Numbered from the stretch's first letter, positions 7,059 through 16,400 are shown. The stretch is 64,000 bases of DNA from an uncultured Candidatus Rokubacteria bacterium (GCA_963771355.1 CAVYTA010000006.1:320322-384321); one strand, 5' to 3'. Notes: generated by a model from the sequence alone, not told the origin. Translations and numbers: made by a program.

Positions 7059-7853
7059 TTGGCCCCCCGAAAATGTCCGTGGCAGAATGACGGCATGAGT
7101 ACCTCGACTCGCCTGGCCGTGCTCAGCGTGCTCGTCGCGATCGGCGCCGTCGCGACCTACGTGCTCCTCCTCGGGGTGGCGGTGGTGCGGAACCACCCGG
7201 AGGGCTATGTGATCGCGTTCGCGGTGGCGACGGGCCTGGCGGTGCTCGCCGTGGTTCGCGCGCGGACACGGCGCTGGCCCGCCTGGGTGGCGCTGGGCGT
7301 CACGAGCCTCCTGCTGATCGCCGGCGCCTGGTTCAACTTCGTGGTGACGCGGGTGCCCGATGCTCCGGTGGCGTTCAAGGTGGGCGAGCCGGCACCGGAC
7401 TTCACCTTGCCCGATGCGGCGGGCCGTCCCGTCGCGCTGGCGGACTATCGCGGCAAGAAGCCGGTGGTGCTCGTCTTCTACCGCGGCTACTGGTGACCGT
7501 TCTGCGTGTCCGAGCTCCAAGGTCTTGGAGCCCAGCTTTCGGAGGCCGAGCAGGCGGGCGTCGAGATCATCGCCATCTCGCCCGATCCCAACCAGCGCAG
7601 CCAGGAGCTCGCCGAGGGCCTGCGCCTCGGCTATCGGTTCGTCGCCGACGGCGATCTCGCGGTGGCGCGGCGCTACGGGCTCGTCCACGCGGGCGGGGGG
7701 CCGGAGGGAAAGGACGTGCCGCGCCCGGCCACGGTGGTGCTGGACAAGCAGGGGGTCGTGCGCTGGTTCTCGGCCAGCCACAACTTCCAGGTGCGGCCCG
7801 CTCCCGGCGAGGTGCTCCGCGTGGTTCGTTCCCTCGTGGCGGAAAAGGGCTAG
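7059..7853 (+). CDS. Candidate selenoprotein: membrane-anchored peroxiredoxin/redoxin-family (AhpC/TSA-like) protein with in-frame UGA (Sec) at 7494-7496 in a U-P-F-C redox motif
   Basis: ORFs 7059..7496 and 7506..7853 share a frame and are separated only by TGA. The combined translation gives 2-3 N-terminal TM helices, then ...FKVGEPAPDFTLPDAAGRPVALADYRGKKPVVLVFYRGYW-U-PFCVSELQGLGAQL..., the canonical peroxiredoxin/BCP architecture. The TGA sits exactly where the peroxidatic Cys belongs. A SECIS-like hairpin lies 17 nt downstream. An alternative start is the ATG at 7095 (MSTSTRL...). Confidence 0.65.
7514..7531 (+). promoter_or_regulatory. Putative bacterial selenocysteine insertion sequence (SECIS) hairpin: 7-bp stem GCUCCAA/UUGGAGC with GGUC apical loop
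   Basis: Perfect 7-bp stem (7514-7520 pairing with 7525-7531) closing a 4-nt loop GGUC (7521-7524). It begins 17 nt after the in-frame UGA (7494-7496). This position and the G/U-containing apical loop resemble the E. coli fdhF SECIS upper stem-loop. Confidence 0.5.
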
Positions 7854-7862
7854 AATCGCCCC

Positions 7863-8744
7863 ATGAAGATCCGCATCGGGGTGGGAGCGTCCGGCGCATC
7901 GTCCACGCCGGAGGCGCTGGGCGAGCTGGTGGCGTCGATCGACGAGCTGGGGTTCGACTCGCTCTGGCTCTCGGAGGTGCTGACGGGGCCCGTGATCGAT
8001 CCCGCGGTGGGGCTGGCCTGGGCGGCGGCGAGCAATCCGCGGGTGAAGCTCGGGACCACCATGCTGCTGCCGGGGCGCAATGTGCTGCGGCTGGCCAAGC
8101 AGCTCGCCAGCCTCGACGTGCTCTGCCGGGGCCGGCTCCTGGTGACGCTCGTGCCCGGGCTCACCTATCCGCCGGAGCGCGAGGCCATCGGCGTGGAGCC
8201 CAAGCAGCGCGGCGCCGTCATCGACGAGGCGCTGCCGCTGCTGCGTCGCCTCTGGGCGGGGGAGACGGTGAGCCACGAGGGCGTCGCCGGGACCTTCCAG
8301 AACGTCAAGCTGTCGCCGCTGCCGGTGCAGCAGCCGCTGGAAGTCTGGCTGGGCGGCAACGTGCCCTCGGCGCTCGAGCGCTGCGGGCGCTTGTCGGACG
8401 GCTGGCTGCCGTCGCTCTGCACGCCCGAGGAGGCGGCCGCGGGGCGCGTCGTGATCGAGGAGGCGGCGGCCAAGGCCGGCCGCTCGATCAGCGGCGAGCA
8501 CTTCGGCATGAGCATCGGCTACGCCAGCAAGCCCATCGACCCGGCCACCGCGCGGGTGATGGCGGCGCGGCGCCCCCGGGCCCTCGAGCTCACGCCGGTG
8601 GGCTTGCCGGCCCTGCGCCAGCTCATCGAGCGCTTCATCGCCGTGGGCTTCTCCAAGTTCGTCCTGCGGCCGGTGGCCCCGCCGGCCTCCTGGCGCGCCG
8701 AGCTGGATGCCCTCGCCGGTGCCGTCGGCGACCTTCAGACCTGA
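7863..8744 (+). CDS. LLM-class F420-dependent oxidoreductase (luciferase-like monooxygenase family)
   Basis: 293 aa. LLM TIM-barrel family resemblance throughout (ELGFDSLWLSE..., LLPGRNVLRLAKQLASLDVLCRGRL). Confidence 0.85.
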   Translation: MKIRIGVGASGASSTPEALGELVASIDELGFDSLWLSEVLTGPVIDPAVGLAWAAASNPRVKLGTTMLLPGRNVLRLAKQLASLDVLCRGRLLVTLVPGLTYPPEREAIGVEPKQRGAVIDEALPLLRRLWAGETVSHEGVAGTFQNVKLSPLPVQQPLEVWLGGNVPSALERCGRLSDGWLPSLCTPEEAAAGRVVIEEAAAKAGRSISGEHFGMSIGYASKPIDPATARVMAARRPRALELTPVGLPALRQLIERFIAVGFSKFVLRPVAPPASWRAELDALAGAVGDLQT

Positions 8745-8752
8745 CTTCCACT

Positions 8753-9367
8753 GTGCCCCGTATCTTCGTGATTCGCCACGGGGAAACCTCTGGCAATGCG
8801 GCGCGTATCGTCCAGCGTCCGGAGATCCCCCTCTCGGCTCGCGGCGAAGCGCAGGCGGAGGCGCTGGCGCGACGGCTGGCGCGCGAGGGCATCGCGCGCA
8901 TCGTCTCCAGCGACCTCGCGCGCGCCGTCGGTACCGCCGAGCGGCTGCAGCGCGCCACCGGCGCCCCGCTCACCTTCGACCCGCTGCTGCAGGAGCGGAA
9001 CTTCGGCGATGTTCGCGGCACCGCCTATGACGAGCTCGGCCTGGACCTCTTCGCGCTGGATTTCGCGCCGTCCAACGGCGAGACGTGGGACGTCTTCCAC
9101 GCGCGGGTGGATCGTGCCTGGGAGGCCGTGCGGGCGCTGGCGGCGGCCACGAGCGGGACCCTCGCGGTGGTGACCCATGGCCTCGTGTGCCGCTCCCTCG
9201 CGGCCCGGCATCTGAGCCTCGCCGACGGGGAGGTGGTGCCGGAGCGCTGGGAGAATACCTCGGTGACCATCGTGGAGGCCGGGGCGCCCTGGCGTGTGAG
9301 CCTGCTGAACTGCATCGCTCACCTCGAGGATCCCGAGGTCAGGCCGGCCCGCGGATCCGCCGTCTAG
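8753..9367 (+). CDS. Histidine phosphatase family protein (phosphoglycerate-mutase-like)
   Basis: RHGET catalytic motif at the N-terminus (PRIFVIRHGETSGN) and a later catalytic His in TLAVVTHGLV. The start is assigned to the in-frame GTG at 8753 just after the upstream stop (8744). The exact start is uncertain. Confidence 0.7.
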   Translation: MPRIFVIRHGETSGNAARIVQRPEIPLSARGEAQAEALARRLAREGIARIVSSDLARAVGTAERLQRATGAPLTFDPLLQERNFGDVRGTAYDELGLDLFALDFAPSNGETWDVFHARVDRAWEAVRALAAATSGTLAVVTHGLVCRSLAARHLSLADGEVVPERWENTSVTIVEAGAPWRVSLLNCIAHLEDPEVRPARGSAV

Positions 9368-9391
9368 GCGCGACGGCGCGGGCGGCCGCGC

Positions 9392-10420
9392 TCAGCGCAG
9401 GCTGGCCATCAGCTCCATGGCCTCGGGCTGCTCGGTCACGACCGTGAGCCCGGTGATGCCGCTGTCGGCCCAGGCGCGGTAGCGCTCGCGGATGCGCTCA
9501 ACCGGGCCCACCAGCGCCATCTCGTCGCAGAACTCGTCGGGCACGGCGGCCTCGGCCTCGACTTTCTTCTTCGCCAGGTAGAGCTCCTGGATACGCTGGG
9601 CGGCTTCGCCGAAGCCGCGGCGGATCATCATCTCCTTGTGGAAGTTCTTGTCGCGGTGGCCCATGCCGCCGGCGTAGAGCGCGACGCGCGGCTTCATGCG
9701 CGCCAGCGCAGCGCGCACGTCGTCGGTGATGACGACCTGGATGCTCGGCTGGATCTCGAAGCCGGCGGGCCCCTTGCCGCCGCCCGCGCGGCGAAAGCCC
9801 TCCTCGAGCCAGGGCCGCAGCATCGGCATGAGGCGCGGCACGAAGCCCAGCGGCAGCCAGCCGTCGGCGATCTCGGCGGTCAGCTTCACGTTCGCCTCGG
9901 TGCCGGTGCCGAGCCAGATCGGCAGCCGCGGGTTCATGTGGAGGATGGAGGTGAGCGGCTTGCCCACGCCGAGCGCGCCGGGCCCGGTGTAGGGGAGCGC
10001 GATCTCGCGCCCGGCATGCGCCACCGGCTCCTTGCGCTCGAAGATCTTCCGCATGATGGCCACGTAGTCGCGGATGCGGGTGGTGGGCTTGCCCCAGGGC
10101 TGGCCGTACCAGCCCTCCACGATCTGCGGCCCGGAGACGCCGAGCCCGGCGATGACGCGCCCGCCGCCCGCGAGGGCGTCCAGCGTGCCCGCCGCCATGG
10201 CTGCCGCCGCGGGCGGGCGCGCGGCGAGCTGCATGATGCCGGTGCCCAGGCGGATGCGCTTGGTCAGCGCGGCGAGATAGGCGAGCGGCGTGATCGCGTC
10301 CGAGCCGTAGGCCTCGGCCGTCCACACCGAGTCGAAGCCGAGCCGCTCCGCCAGCAGAACCTTCTCCACGGGCAGCCGCAGCTCCGCCCCCGAGTAGCCG
10401 ATGTAGAACCCGAGCTTCAT
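9392..10420 (-). CDS. LLM-class F420-dependent oxidoreductase
   Basis: 342 aa from the internal ATG (MKLGFYIGYSG...). The start is 4 nt after the upstream gene stop, i.e. operonic. LLM family motifs (GFDSVWTAEAYGSD..., GGRVIAGLGVSGPQIVEGWYG). Confidence 0.85.
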   Translation of the reverse strand: MKLGFYIGYSGAELRLPVEKVLLAERLGFDSVWTAEAYGSDAITPLAYLAALTKRIRLGTGIMQLAARPPAAAAMAAGTLDALAGGGRVIAGLGVSGPQIVEGWYGQPWGKPTTRIRDYVAIMRKIFERKEPVAHAGREIALPYTGPGALGVGKPLTSILHMNPRLPIWLGTGTEANVKLTAEIADGWLPLGFVPRLMPMLRPWLEEGFRRAGGGKGPAGFEIQPSIQVVITDDVRAALARMKPRVALYAGGMGHRDKNFHKEMMIRRGFGEAAQRIQELYLAKKKVEAEAAVPDEFCDEMALVGPVERIRERYRAWADSGITGLTVVTEQPEAMELMASLR

Positions 10421-10424
10421 GGCG

Positions 10425-12260
10425 CTAGCCCAGCGCGCGCTGGGCCCGCAGCGCGTCCACGTCGGCGGGAGACAGCCCGAGCACCTCGGCCAGCACCTCC
10501 GCGGTGTGCTCGCCCGCCAGCGGCGGGGGCGTGGTCGGTGACTCGGAGGCGGACAGGCGCACCGGGCAGCCCGGCAGCCGGAATCGGCCGCGGGTCTTGT
10601 GCTCGATGGTGTGGACCTGGCCGCGCGCATTGAGGTGCGGATCGTCCAGGATCTCGGCGGTGTCCAGCGTGGCGCCGCAGGGCACGCCGGCCTTGCCCAA
10701 CGTCTCCATCACCTCGTGCTTGGTGCGGGCGCCCGTCCATTCACGGACCAGGGCGTTCAAGGCGTCGCGGTGCTCCCAGCGTGACTTCGCGTCCCCGTAG
10801 CGCGCATCCGCGAGGAGATCCTCGCGGCCGATGGCGGTGACGAAGTCGCGCCACATGTCGGTGTTCATGGGCTGCACGTAGATATAGGCGTAGTCGTTCG
10901 GCCCGCCGGGCGCGCAGAGGTAGGCGCCGCCGGGCACGCCGCCGGTGATCTCGTTGTCCTTCCGCATGCTGGGCTTCCCGTCTCGATAGTGGTCGACGTA
11001 GCGGCCGCGCAGGAAGTTGGCCACCACCTCCTGCATCGCCACCTCCACGAGCTGGCCCTGGCCGGTACGCTGGCGCTGGATATAGGCGGCCATGATGGCG
11101 CCCGCGGCGTGGACGCCGGTGCCGGTGTCGCCGATGGCGGCGCCGCAGCGCACGGGCTCACGGTCGGCGAAGCCGGTGACGCTCATCACGCCGCCCATGG
11201 CCTGGGCGATCATGTCGAAGCTCTTGTACTCGTGATAGGGGCCCGAGAGCCCGAAGCCCTTGATGCGCGCCACGATGATGCGGGGGTTCGTGGCCCGGAG
11301 CCGCTCGTAGTCCAGCCCCAGCCGCTCCATGAGCCCGGGCGCGAAGTTCTCGACCACCACGTCCGCCTTCTCCACCAGCTGGAGAAAAAGCTTCTTTCCA
11401 GCGGCTTGCTTGAGGTCGATGGTGACGCTGCGCTTGTTGGCGTTGAAGACCAGGAAGAACATCGCGTCGAGCCCGGGCACCTCGGGCCGGTTGCGTCGCG
11501 ACTGCTCGCCGCCCGGCGGCTCGATCTTGAGGATGTCGGCGCCCAGCCACCCCAGGAACTGCGTGCACGTGGTGCCGGCCTCGAACTGGGTGAGGTCGAG
11601 AACCCGCATGCCGCTGAGCGCGCGCTCGGTCATGGCTGTCATCCGCTCGCTGACGATGTAGTGCTTGTTGTAGGTGTACGGCCGCACCTCCGGCTTCCAG
11701 CGGCCGATGTCCGAGGTGTCGTTCCAGAGCTTGGACATGGGCAGGTCGGTGCGCTCCACCTCGTAGACGCAGAGATAGCGCGCCTCGCCCGGCGCCTTGG
11801 TGCGGTAGCGCACCGCGTTCACCGAGCCGGGCAGCTTCATCAGCAGGGGCAGGTGCTCGTTGTCGTAGAGATCGTTGAAGAGCGCCTCGCGGTGCGGCTC
11901 CACGTCCATCATGACCCAGAACACATAGGGGGTCTTGCCGGTGAGCGCCGCCGCGCCGCCCGCCCACTCGTAGACCGTGAGGTGGCGGTTCATGGTGTGC
12001 GGCCGCACCGCCGTCGGCCAGCGTCCCGCCTCACCGGCCGCCTTGAACGCCGCGCTCTCGATCACGGCGGCGCTGTCCAGCTCGTACGCGGCGTGGTAGC
12101 GCGGATAGGTGGGCGACGGCTGCCGGTGACGGCTGGCCCGGCGCACCCCGGGAACGGCCCGGAGGTTGGGGAGGTGCTCGCGGTCGTACACGTCGTTGAA
12201 AGTGGCCTCGTGGTCGTGGGCCACGTCCATCCGGACCAGGTAGAGCGCGTGCGCCGCCAT
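10425..12260 (-). CDS. Family III CoA-transferase (CaiB/BaiF-like) fused to an N-terminal tandem pair of ~95-aa EthD-like (ferredoxin-like alpha+beta) domains
   Basis: C-terminal 400 aa: MRVLDLTQFEAGTTCTQFLGWLGADILKIEPPGGE... is the CoA-transferase family III signature. N-terminal 200 aa hold two internal repeats (DHEATFNDVYDREHLPNLRAVPGV...RY / PHREALFNDLYDNEHLPLLMKLPGSVNAVRYR). GGGAGG SD 7 nt upstream of the ATG. Confidence 0.75.
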   Translation of the reverse strand: MAAHALYLVRMDVAHDHEATFNDVYDREHLPNLRAVPGVRRASRHRQPSPTYPRYHAAYELDSAAVIESAAFKAAGEAGRWPTAVRPHTMNRHLTVYEWAGGAAALTGKTPYVFWVMMDVEPHREALFNDLYDNEHLPLLMKLPGSVNAVRYRTKAPGEARYLCVYEVERTDLPMSKLWNDTSDIGRWKPEVRPYTYNKHYIVSERMTAMTERALSGMRVLDLTQFEAGTTCTQFLGWLGADILKIEPPGGEQSRRNRPEVPGLDAMFFLVFNANKRSVTIDLKQAAGKKLFLQLVEKADVVVENFAPGLMERLGLDYERLRATNPRIIVARIKGFGLSGPYHEYKSFDMIAQAMGGVMSVTGFADREPVRCGAAIGDTGTGVHAAGAIMAAYIQRQRTGQGQLVEVAMQEVVANFLRGRYVDHYRDGKPSMRKDNEITGGVPGGAYLCAPGGPNDYAYIYVQPMNTDMWRDFVTAIGREDLLADARYGDAKSRWEHRDALNALVREWTGARTKHEVMETLGKAGVPCGATLDTAEILDDPHLNARGQVHTIEHKTRGRFRLPGCPVRLSASESPTTPPPLAGEHTAEVLAEVLGLSPADVDALRAQRALG

Positions 12261-12447
12261 GTAAAACCTCCCGAGGTGCCGGTCCCTCCGGCCGCCGTCG
12301 TTCGGGATTCTACCGGAGTCTCAGGGGTCAAACAATCAAGCGAGCGATCAAGCGAGCGATTCCTCGACCTTATAGGGGCGAAAATCCGTTTGGTAGGGAT
12401 CCTGCATCGTAGAGAGTGCGCGACGGTGTCGTCATTGGGAGGAGAGA

Positions 12448-13113
12448 ATGAGCGCCACTGATAGCTTGCAGTTTTTCGAGAACTACGGCCTGATCATCCT
12501 GCCGGCCTTAGCCGTCGCCGAGCAGATCGGCATTCCGATCCCCGCCGTGCCGGCTCTGCTCGCGGTCGGCGCCCTGGCCGCGGACGGCCGCATCAGCATC
12601 CCGTACGTGCTCGGGGCGATGTGCGTGGCGGCCCTGGCCATCGACTTCGCCTGGTATGAGCTCGGCCGCCGTCGCGGGGCGTGGCTGCTGGCGAGATTCC
12701 GCCTGGTGTCCGCCGAGCCGGACGCGTGCGTGCGCCGCGCCGAGAGCATCTTCGCCCGCCACGGCGCCCGGGGCATGCTCGCCGCGAAGTTCCTCCCCGG
12801 ACTGACCACGCTCATGCCGCCGCTGGCCGGCGTCTTCGCGGTCTCGCGCGTGCGCTTCGCGCTCTATGACCTCGCGGGCGTGCTGCTCTGGGCGGGCACG
12901 TGGCTGGCGCTGGGCTACTCCTTCAGCGACGCCATCGTCCTGATCGCCGCCCGAGTCACCACGCTCGGCCGGCTGCTCAGCCTCGTCCTCGTGGCCGCGC
13001 TGGCCGCGTACCTCCTGGTCAAGTACGGGCGCCGCTACCTGTTCCAGGCCCTCACGCCACGAGGCCACGCACCACTGAAGGCGTCTCACGCCGTGAGGCC
13101 GCGCTGCCTCTAG
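12448..13113 (+). CDS. DedA/SNARE-associated (VTT domain) family membrane protein
   Basis: 221 aa, multi-TM, DedA-like conserved core (G.P.P...LL.G...G). Confidence 0.75.
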   Translation: MSATDSLQFFENYGLIILPALAVAEQIGIPIPAVPALLAVGALAADGRISIPYVLGAMCVAALAIDFAWYELGRRRGAWLLARFRLVSAEPDACVRRAESIFARHGARGMLAAKFLPGLTTLMPPLAGVFAVSRVRFALYDLAGVLLWAGTWLALGYSFSDAIVLIAARVTTLGRLLSLVLVAALAAYLLVKYGRRYLFQALTPRGHAPLKASHAVRPRCL

Positions 13114-13137
13114 CCGCGCCGTGCTAGGCTCGGGACG

Positions 13138-14964
13138 ATGGCGAATCGCTACGCGCCGATCGGCGACTACGGCGTCATCGGCGACCTCTATACCGTCGCC
13201 CTGGTGGGCATGGACGGCTCCATCGACTTCCTCTGCCTGCCCCACTTCGACTCTCCGTCGGTCTTCGCCGCCCTCGTCGACGCGGAGCGCGGCGGCCGCT
13301 TCCAGATTGCGCCGATCCTGGAGGGCGCCGCGCGCAAGCAGCTCTATCTGCCGGACACCAACGTCCTGCTGACGCGGTTCCTCGACGCTGACGGCGTCGC
13401 CGAGCTGTCCGACTTCATGCCGGTGGAGGACGCGGGACAGGCGCACAACCTCGTGCGGCGGGCGAAGACGGTGCGGGGCGAGGTGCGCTTCCAGATGCGC
13501 TGCGAGCCGCGCTTCGACTATGCGCGCGCCACCCACACCGCCGAGCGCCGGAGCGAGACCGAGGTGCTCTTCGTCGGGCGGTCCGGTGACCGCGAGCTGG
13601 TGCTGCGGCTGCGGTCGTCGGTCCCGATGCGTCTCGAGAACGGCGCGGCGCTGGCCGAGTTCACGCTGGGCGCCGACACCTCGGCCTGGTTCGTCCTCGA
13701 GGTGGTGCTCCCCCAGGAGCCGTCGCCCTCGGAGCAGCCCGACTACCCGAGTGACGCCTTCAAGCGGACGGTGAACTTCTGGCGCCGCTGGGTCGCGCGC
13801 AGCACCTACGCGGGCCGCTGGCGGGAGACGGTGAACCGCTCGGCATTGACCCTGAAGCTGCTCACCTCGCGGCAGCACGGCTCGATCATCGCCGCCCCGA
13901 CCTTCGGCCTCCCCGAGACGATCGGGGGCGGGCGCAACTGGGACTATCGCTACACCTGGCTCCGCGACTCGTCATTCACTCTCTACGGGCTGATGCGCCT
14001 CGGCTACACGGACGAGGCGGCCGCCTTCATGCGCTGGGTGATGGCCCGCTGCGAGGAGCTCGCGCCAGACGGCTCGCTCCAGGTCATGTACGGGCTCGAC
14101 GGCCGTCACTCGCTGCCCGAGGAGGTCTTGCCCCACCTCGAGGGTTACATGGCGTCCAGTCCGGTGCGCATCGGCAACGCCGCCTTCGACAACCTGCAGC
14201 TCGACATCTACGGCGAGCTGATGGACTCCGTCTACCTCTACGACAAGTACGGCTCTCCCATCGGGTACGACGCCTGGGCCGCCATCCTGCGGCTGATGGA
14301 CTGGGTCTGCGCGAACTGGCGTCAGCCGGACGAGGGGATCTGGGAGGTGCGCGGCGGACGTCAGGAGTTCCTGTTCTCGCGGGTCATGTGCTGGGTGGCC
14401 GTCGACCGTGCCATCCGGCTCGCCACCAAGCGCTCGTTCCCCGCCCCCCTGGCTCGCTGGTACGAGACGCGGGACACGATCTACGGGGACATCTTCACCC
14501 GCTTCTGGGACCCGACCCGGCGCGCGTTCATCCAGCATGCGGGCGCCACCACGCTGGATGCCGCGACCCTGCTGATGCCGCTGGTCCGCTTCGTGTCTCC
14601 CACCGATCCGCGGTGGATCTCGACACTGCGCGCGATCGAGGCCGAGCTGGTGAGTGACTCGCTGGTCTATCGCTACCGCCTCACCGGCGGATTCTCCGAC
14701 GGGCTCACCGGAGAGGAAGGCACCTTCTCGATGTGCTCGTTCTGGTACGTCGAGTGCCTCTCCCGCATGGGGGATCTGCACCAGGCCCGCCTCGTCTTCG
14801 AGAAGATGCTGGGCTACGCCAATCACCTGGGGTTGTACGGCGAGGAGCTGGGGCCGCAGGGGCAGCATCTCGGCAACTTCCCCCAGGCGTTCACGCACCT
14901 CGCGCTCATCAGCGCCGCCTTCGATCTCGACCGGCGGCTCTCGGTCGCGGGCCACGCCGGCTGA
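13138..14964 (+). CDS. Glycoside hydrolase family 15 protein (glucoamylase/trehalase-like)
   Basis: 608 aa. GH15 bacterial glucoamylase-related N-terminus (YAPIGDYGVIGDLYTVALVGMDGSIDFLCLPHFDSPSVF) and (alpha/alpha)6 catalytic domain features (NWDYRYTWLRDSSF). Confidence 0.85.
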   Translation: MANRYAPIGDYGVIGDLYTVALVGMDGSIDFLCLPHFDSPSVFAALVDAERGGRFQIAPILEGAARKQLYLPDTNVLLTRFLDADGVAELSDFMPVEDAGQAHNLVRRAKTVRGEVRFQMRCEPRFDYARATHTAERRSETEVLFVGRSGDRELVLRLRSSVPMRLENGAALAEFTLGADTSAWFVLEVVLPQEPSPSEQPDYPSDAFKRTVNFWRRWVARSTYAGRWRETVNRSALTLKLLTSRQHGSIIAAPTFGLPETIGGGRNWDYRYTWLRDSSFTLYGLMRLGYTDEAAAFMRWVMARCEELAPDGSLQVMYGLDGRHSLPEEVLPHLEGYMASSPVRIGNAAFDNLQLDIYGELMDSVYLYDKYGSPIGYDAWAAILRLMDWVCANWRQPDEGIWEVRGGRQEFLFSRVMCWVAVDRAIRLATKRSFPAPLARWYETRDTIYGDIFTRFWDPTRRAFIQHAGATTLDAATLLMPLVRFVSPTDPRWISTLRAIEAELVSDSLVYRYRLTGGFSDGLTGEEGTFSMCSFWYVECLSRMGDLHQARLVFEKMLGYANHLGLYGEELGPQGQHLGNFPQAFTHLALISAAFDLDRRLSVAGHAG

Positions 14965-14989
14965 TCTCACCCGCCGCGGCCGCTAGCGT

Positions 14990-16360
14990 TCACGGCACCC
15001 AACCGAGCAGCCGCCACCACAGATAGTCGAGAGGCATCAGCACCAGCACCGTCACCGCCGCTAGCGCCAGCGTCATCTTCGTCGCGTCGGCGAAGCGAAC
15101 CTCGCCGAGCGCCATCGCCACTACCAGGGGCGGCCCCTGATAGGGGAAGAGCAGCGTCGAGAAGCTCAACACCTGCACCATCAGCACCGTCTCCACCGGC
15201 AGCCCCGCCGCGCGCGCAAAGTCATCGGCCAAGGGCGCCAGCACCGCCGGCACCGCCGGGATGGTGACGACGGCGCTGAGCGCCATGCCGGCCATGGCGA
15301 GCGTGGCGAAGCCTCGGGCGGGCGCGGCGGCGTCGAGCGGCAGGACCGCCATCATCCCCGCCGCCAGCGCGTCGCCCAGCCCCGGGGCGGCCACCAGGGC
15401 CGCGAAGCCGAGAATGCCGGCGATATAGAGAACAGGTCCCCAGTTCATGTCCGCGAACGCTTTTTGGGGCATGATGCCCAGCGGCGGAAAGAGGCAGAGC
15501 ACGGCGGCGGCCAGCCCGACCCAGGCCGGCGACACCTGGTGCGCGAAATCCGTCGCCCAAAACGCCAAGGCCAGCGCCAGCACGATGGCGAGCCGCCGTT
15601 CGTCGCGCTTCATTGCGGGGCGCGTCGGCGCCGGCGGTGGTGTCGTGGAGCGGTCGGGAAAGAACCACAGGATCAGTGCCGCGATGGCCGCCGCCTTGCC
15701 GAGCCCCAGCACCGGAAAATGCAGCAACAGGTAAGTGCCATAGGTCAGGCGCAGGCCATATTGCTGTTCCGCCGCCCCCGCCAGCACCAGGTTCGCCACA
15801 TTCGCGGTCAGAATGCCGAACGCAGGAACGAAGCACCCCATCCCGGCGGCGAGCGCGATGCCGGTGCGGCCATTGCGGCCGGGGGCGAAGCCGAAGCGGT
15901 CGGCGATCGCCATGGCGATGGGCATCAGCAGCATGACGCGCCCCAACGCCGCCGGCATGACGAAGGCGAGCAGCGTCCCCACCGCCACCAGACCGACGAT
16001 CACCGCGCCGTAGCGGCTGCCGAACCAACCGGTCAGCCGCTGCGCCAGCCTTTGGCCAAGCCCGGTGCGGTTGACCGCCATGCCGATGACGACGCCGGCG
16101 AAGACCAGCCAGAACGCCGTCGAGGCGAAGCCGCTGAAAACGGTGGCCGGAGGCGCCAGGCGGGCGAGCACGGCGACCAGGAAGAACAGCAGCGCCGGCA
16201 AGTATTCCGGCACCACGCCCGTGGCCCACAAGCCGATGACGAGCAGCCCCAGTCCGGCGGTCCCCGCCGCTTCCCGGCTCATCCCCAGTGGTTGAGCGAG
16301 CACCACCGCCAGCGCCACCAAGGTTGTGGCCGCGACCACAAGCCACGGCCAGCGGCTCAC
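14990..16360 (-). CDS. Anion permease (DASS/ArsB-NhaD/CitMHS superfamily) membrane transporter
   Basis: 456 aa, ~12 predicted TM helices, with the Pro/Gly-rich re-entrant-loop-like segments typical of this superfamily. Confidence 0.65.
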   Translation of the reverse strand: MSRWPWLVVAATTLVALAVVLAQPLGMSREAAGTAGLGLLVIGLWATGVVPEYLPALLFFLVAVLARLAPPATVFSGFASTAFWLVFAGVVIGMAVNRTGLGQRLAQRLTGWFGSRYGAVIVGLVAVGTLLAFVMPAALGRVMLLMPIAMAIADRFGFAPGRNGRTGIALAAGMGCFVPAFGILTANVANLVLAGAAEQQYGLRLTYGTYLLLHFPVLGLGKAAAIAALILWFFPDRSTTPPPAPTRPAMKRDERRLAIVLALALAFWATDFAHQVSPAWVGLAAAVLCLFPPLGIMPQKAFADMNWGPVLYIAGILGFAALVAAPGLGDALAAGMMAVLPLDAAAPARGFATLAMAGMALSAVVTIPAVPAVLAPLADDFARAAGLPVETVLMVQVLSFSTLLFPYQGPPLVVAMALGEVRFADATKMTLALAAVTVLVLMPLDYLWWRLLGWVP

Positions 16361-16400
16361 CGGCAGTGGGGAGCGGCAGACGCCGATGCGGTGCTCACGC

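Noticed and set aside
3332-8501. Very long ORFs antisense to top6A/top6B/SBP (3332..4900, 4918..7098, 6630..8501, 5792..7096 and others)
   Set aside because: In 70% GC DNA stop codons are rare on every frame. These ORFs translate to Arg/Ala/Gly/Pro-rich low-complexity peptides with no motifs and overlap well-supported sense genes.
9392-10630. N-terminal extensions on several LLM genes in the ORF track (9392..10630, 32850..34382, 33926..34924, 36020..37873)
   Set aside because: Extensions are Arg/Pro/Ser-rich, overlap neighbours, and the conserved LLM N-termini (M-x-F/G-h-h...) start at internal Met codons.
12300-12447. Short tandem direct repeat (caagcgagcgat x2) in the divergent intergenic region between the CoA-transferase and DedA genes
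   Set aside because: Only two 12-nt copies. Too short for a CRISPR or a meaningful repeat family. Possibly an operator but there is no supporting symmetry.
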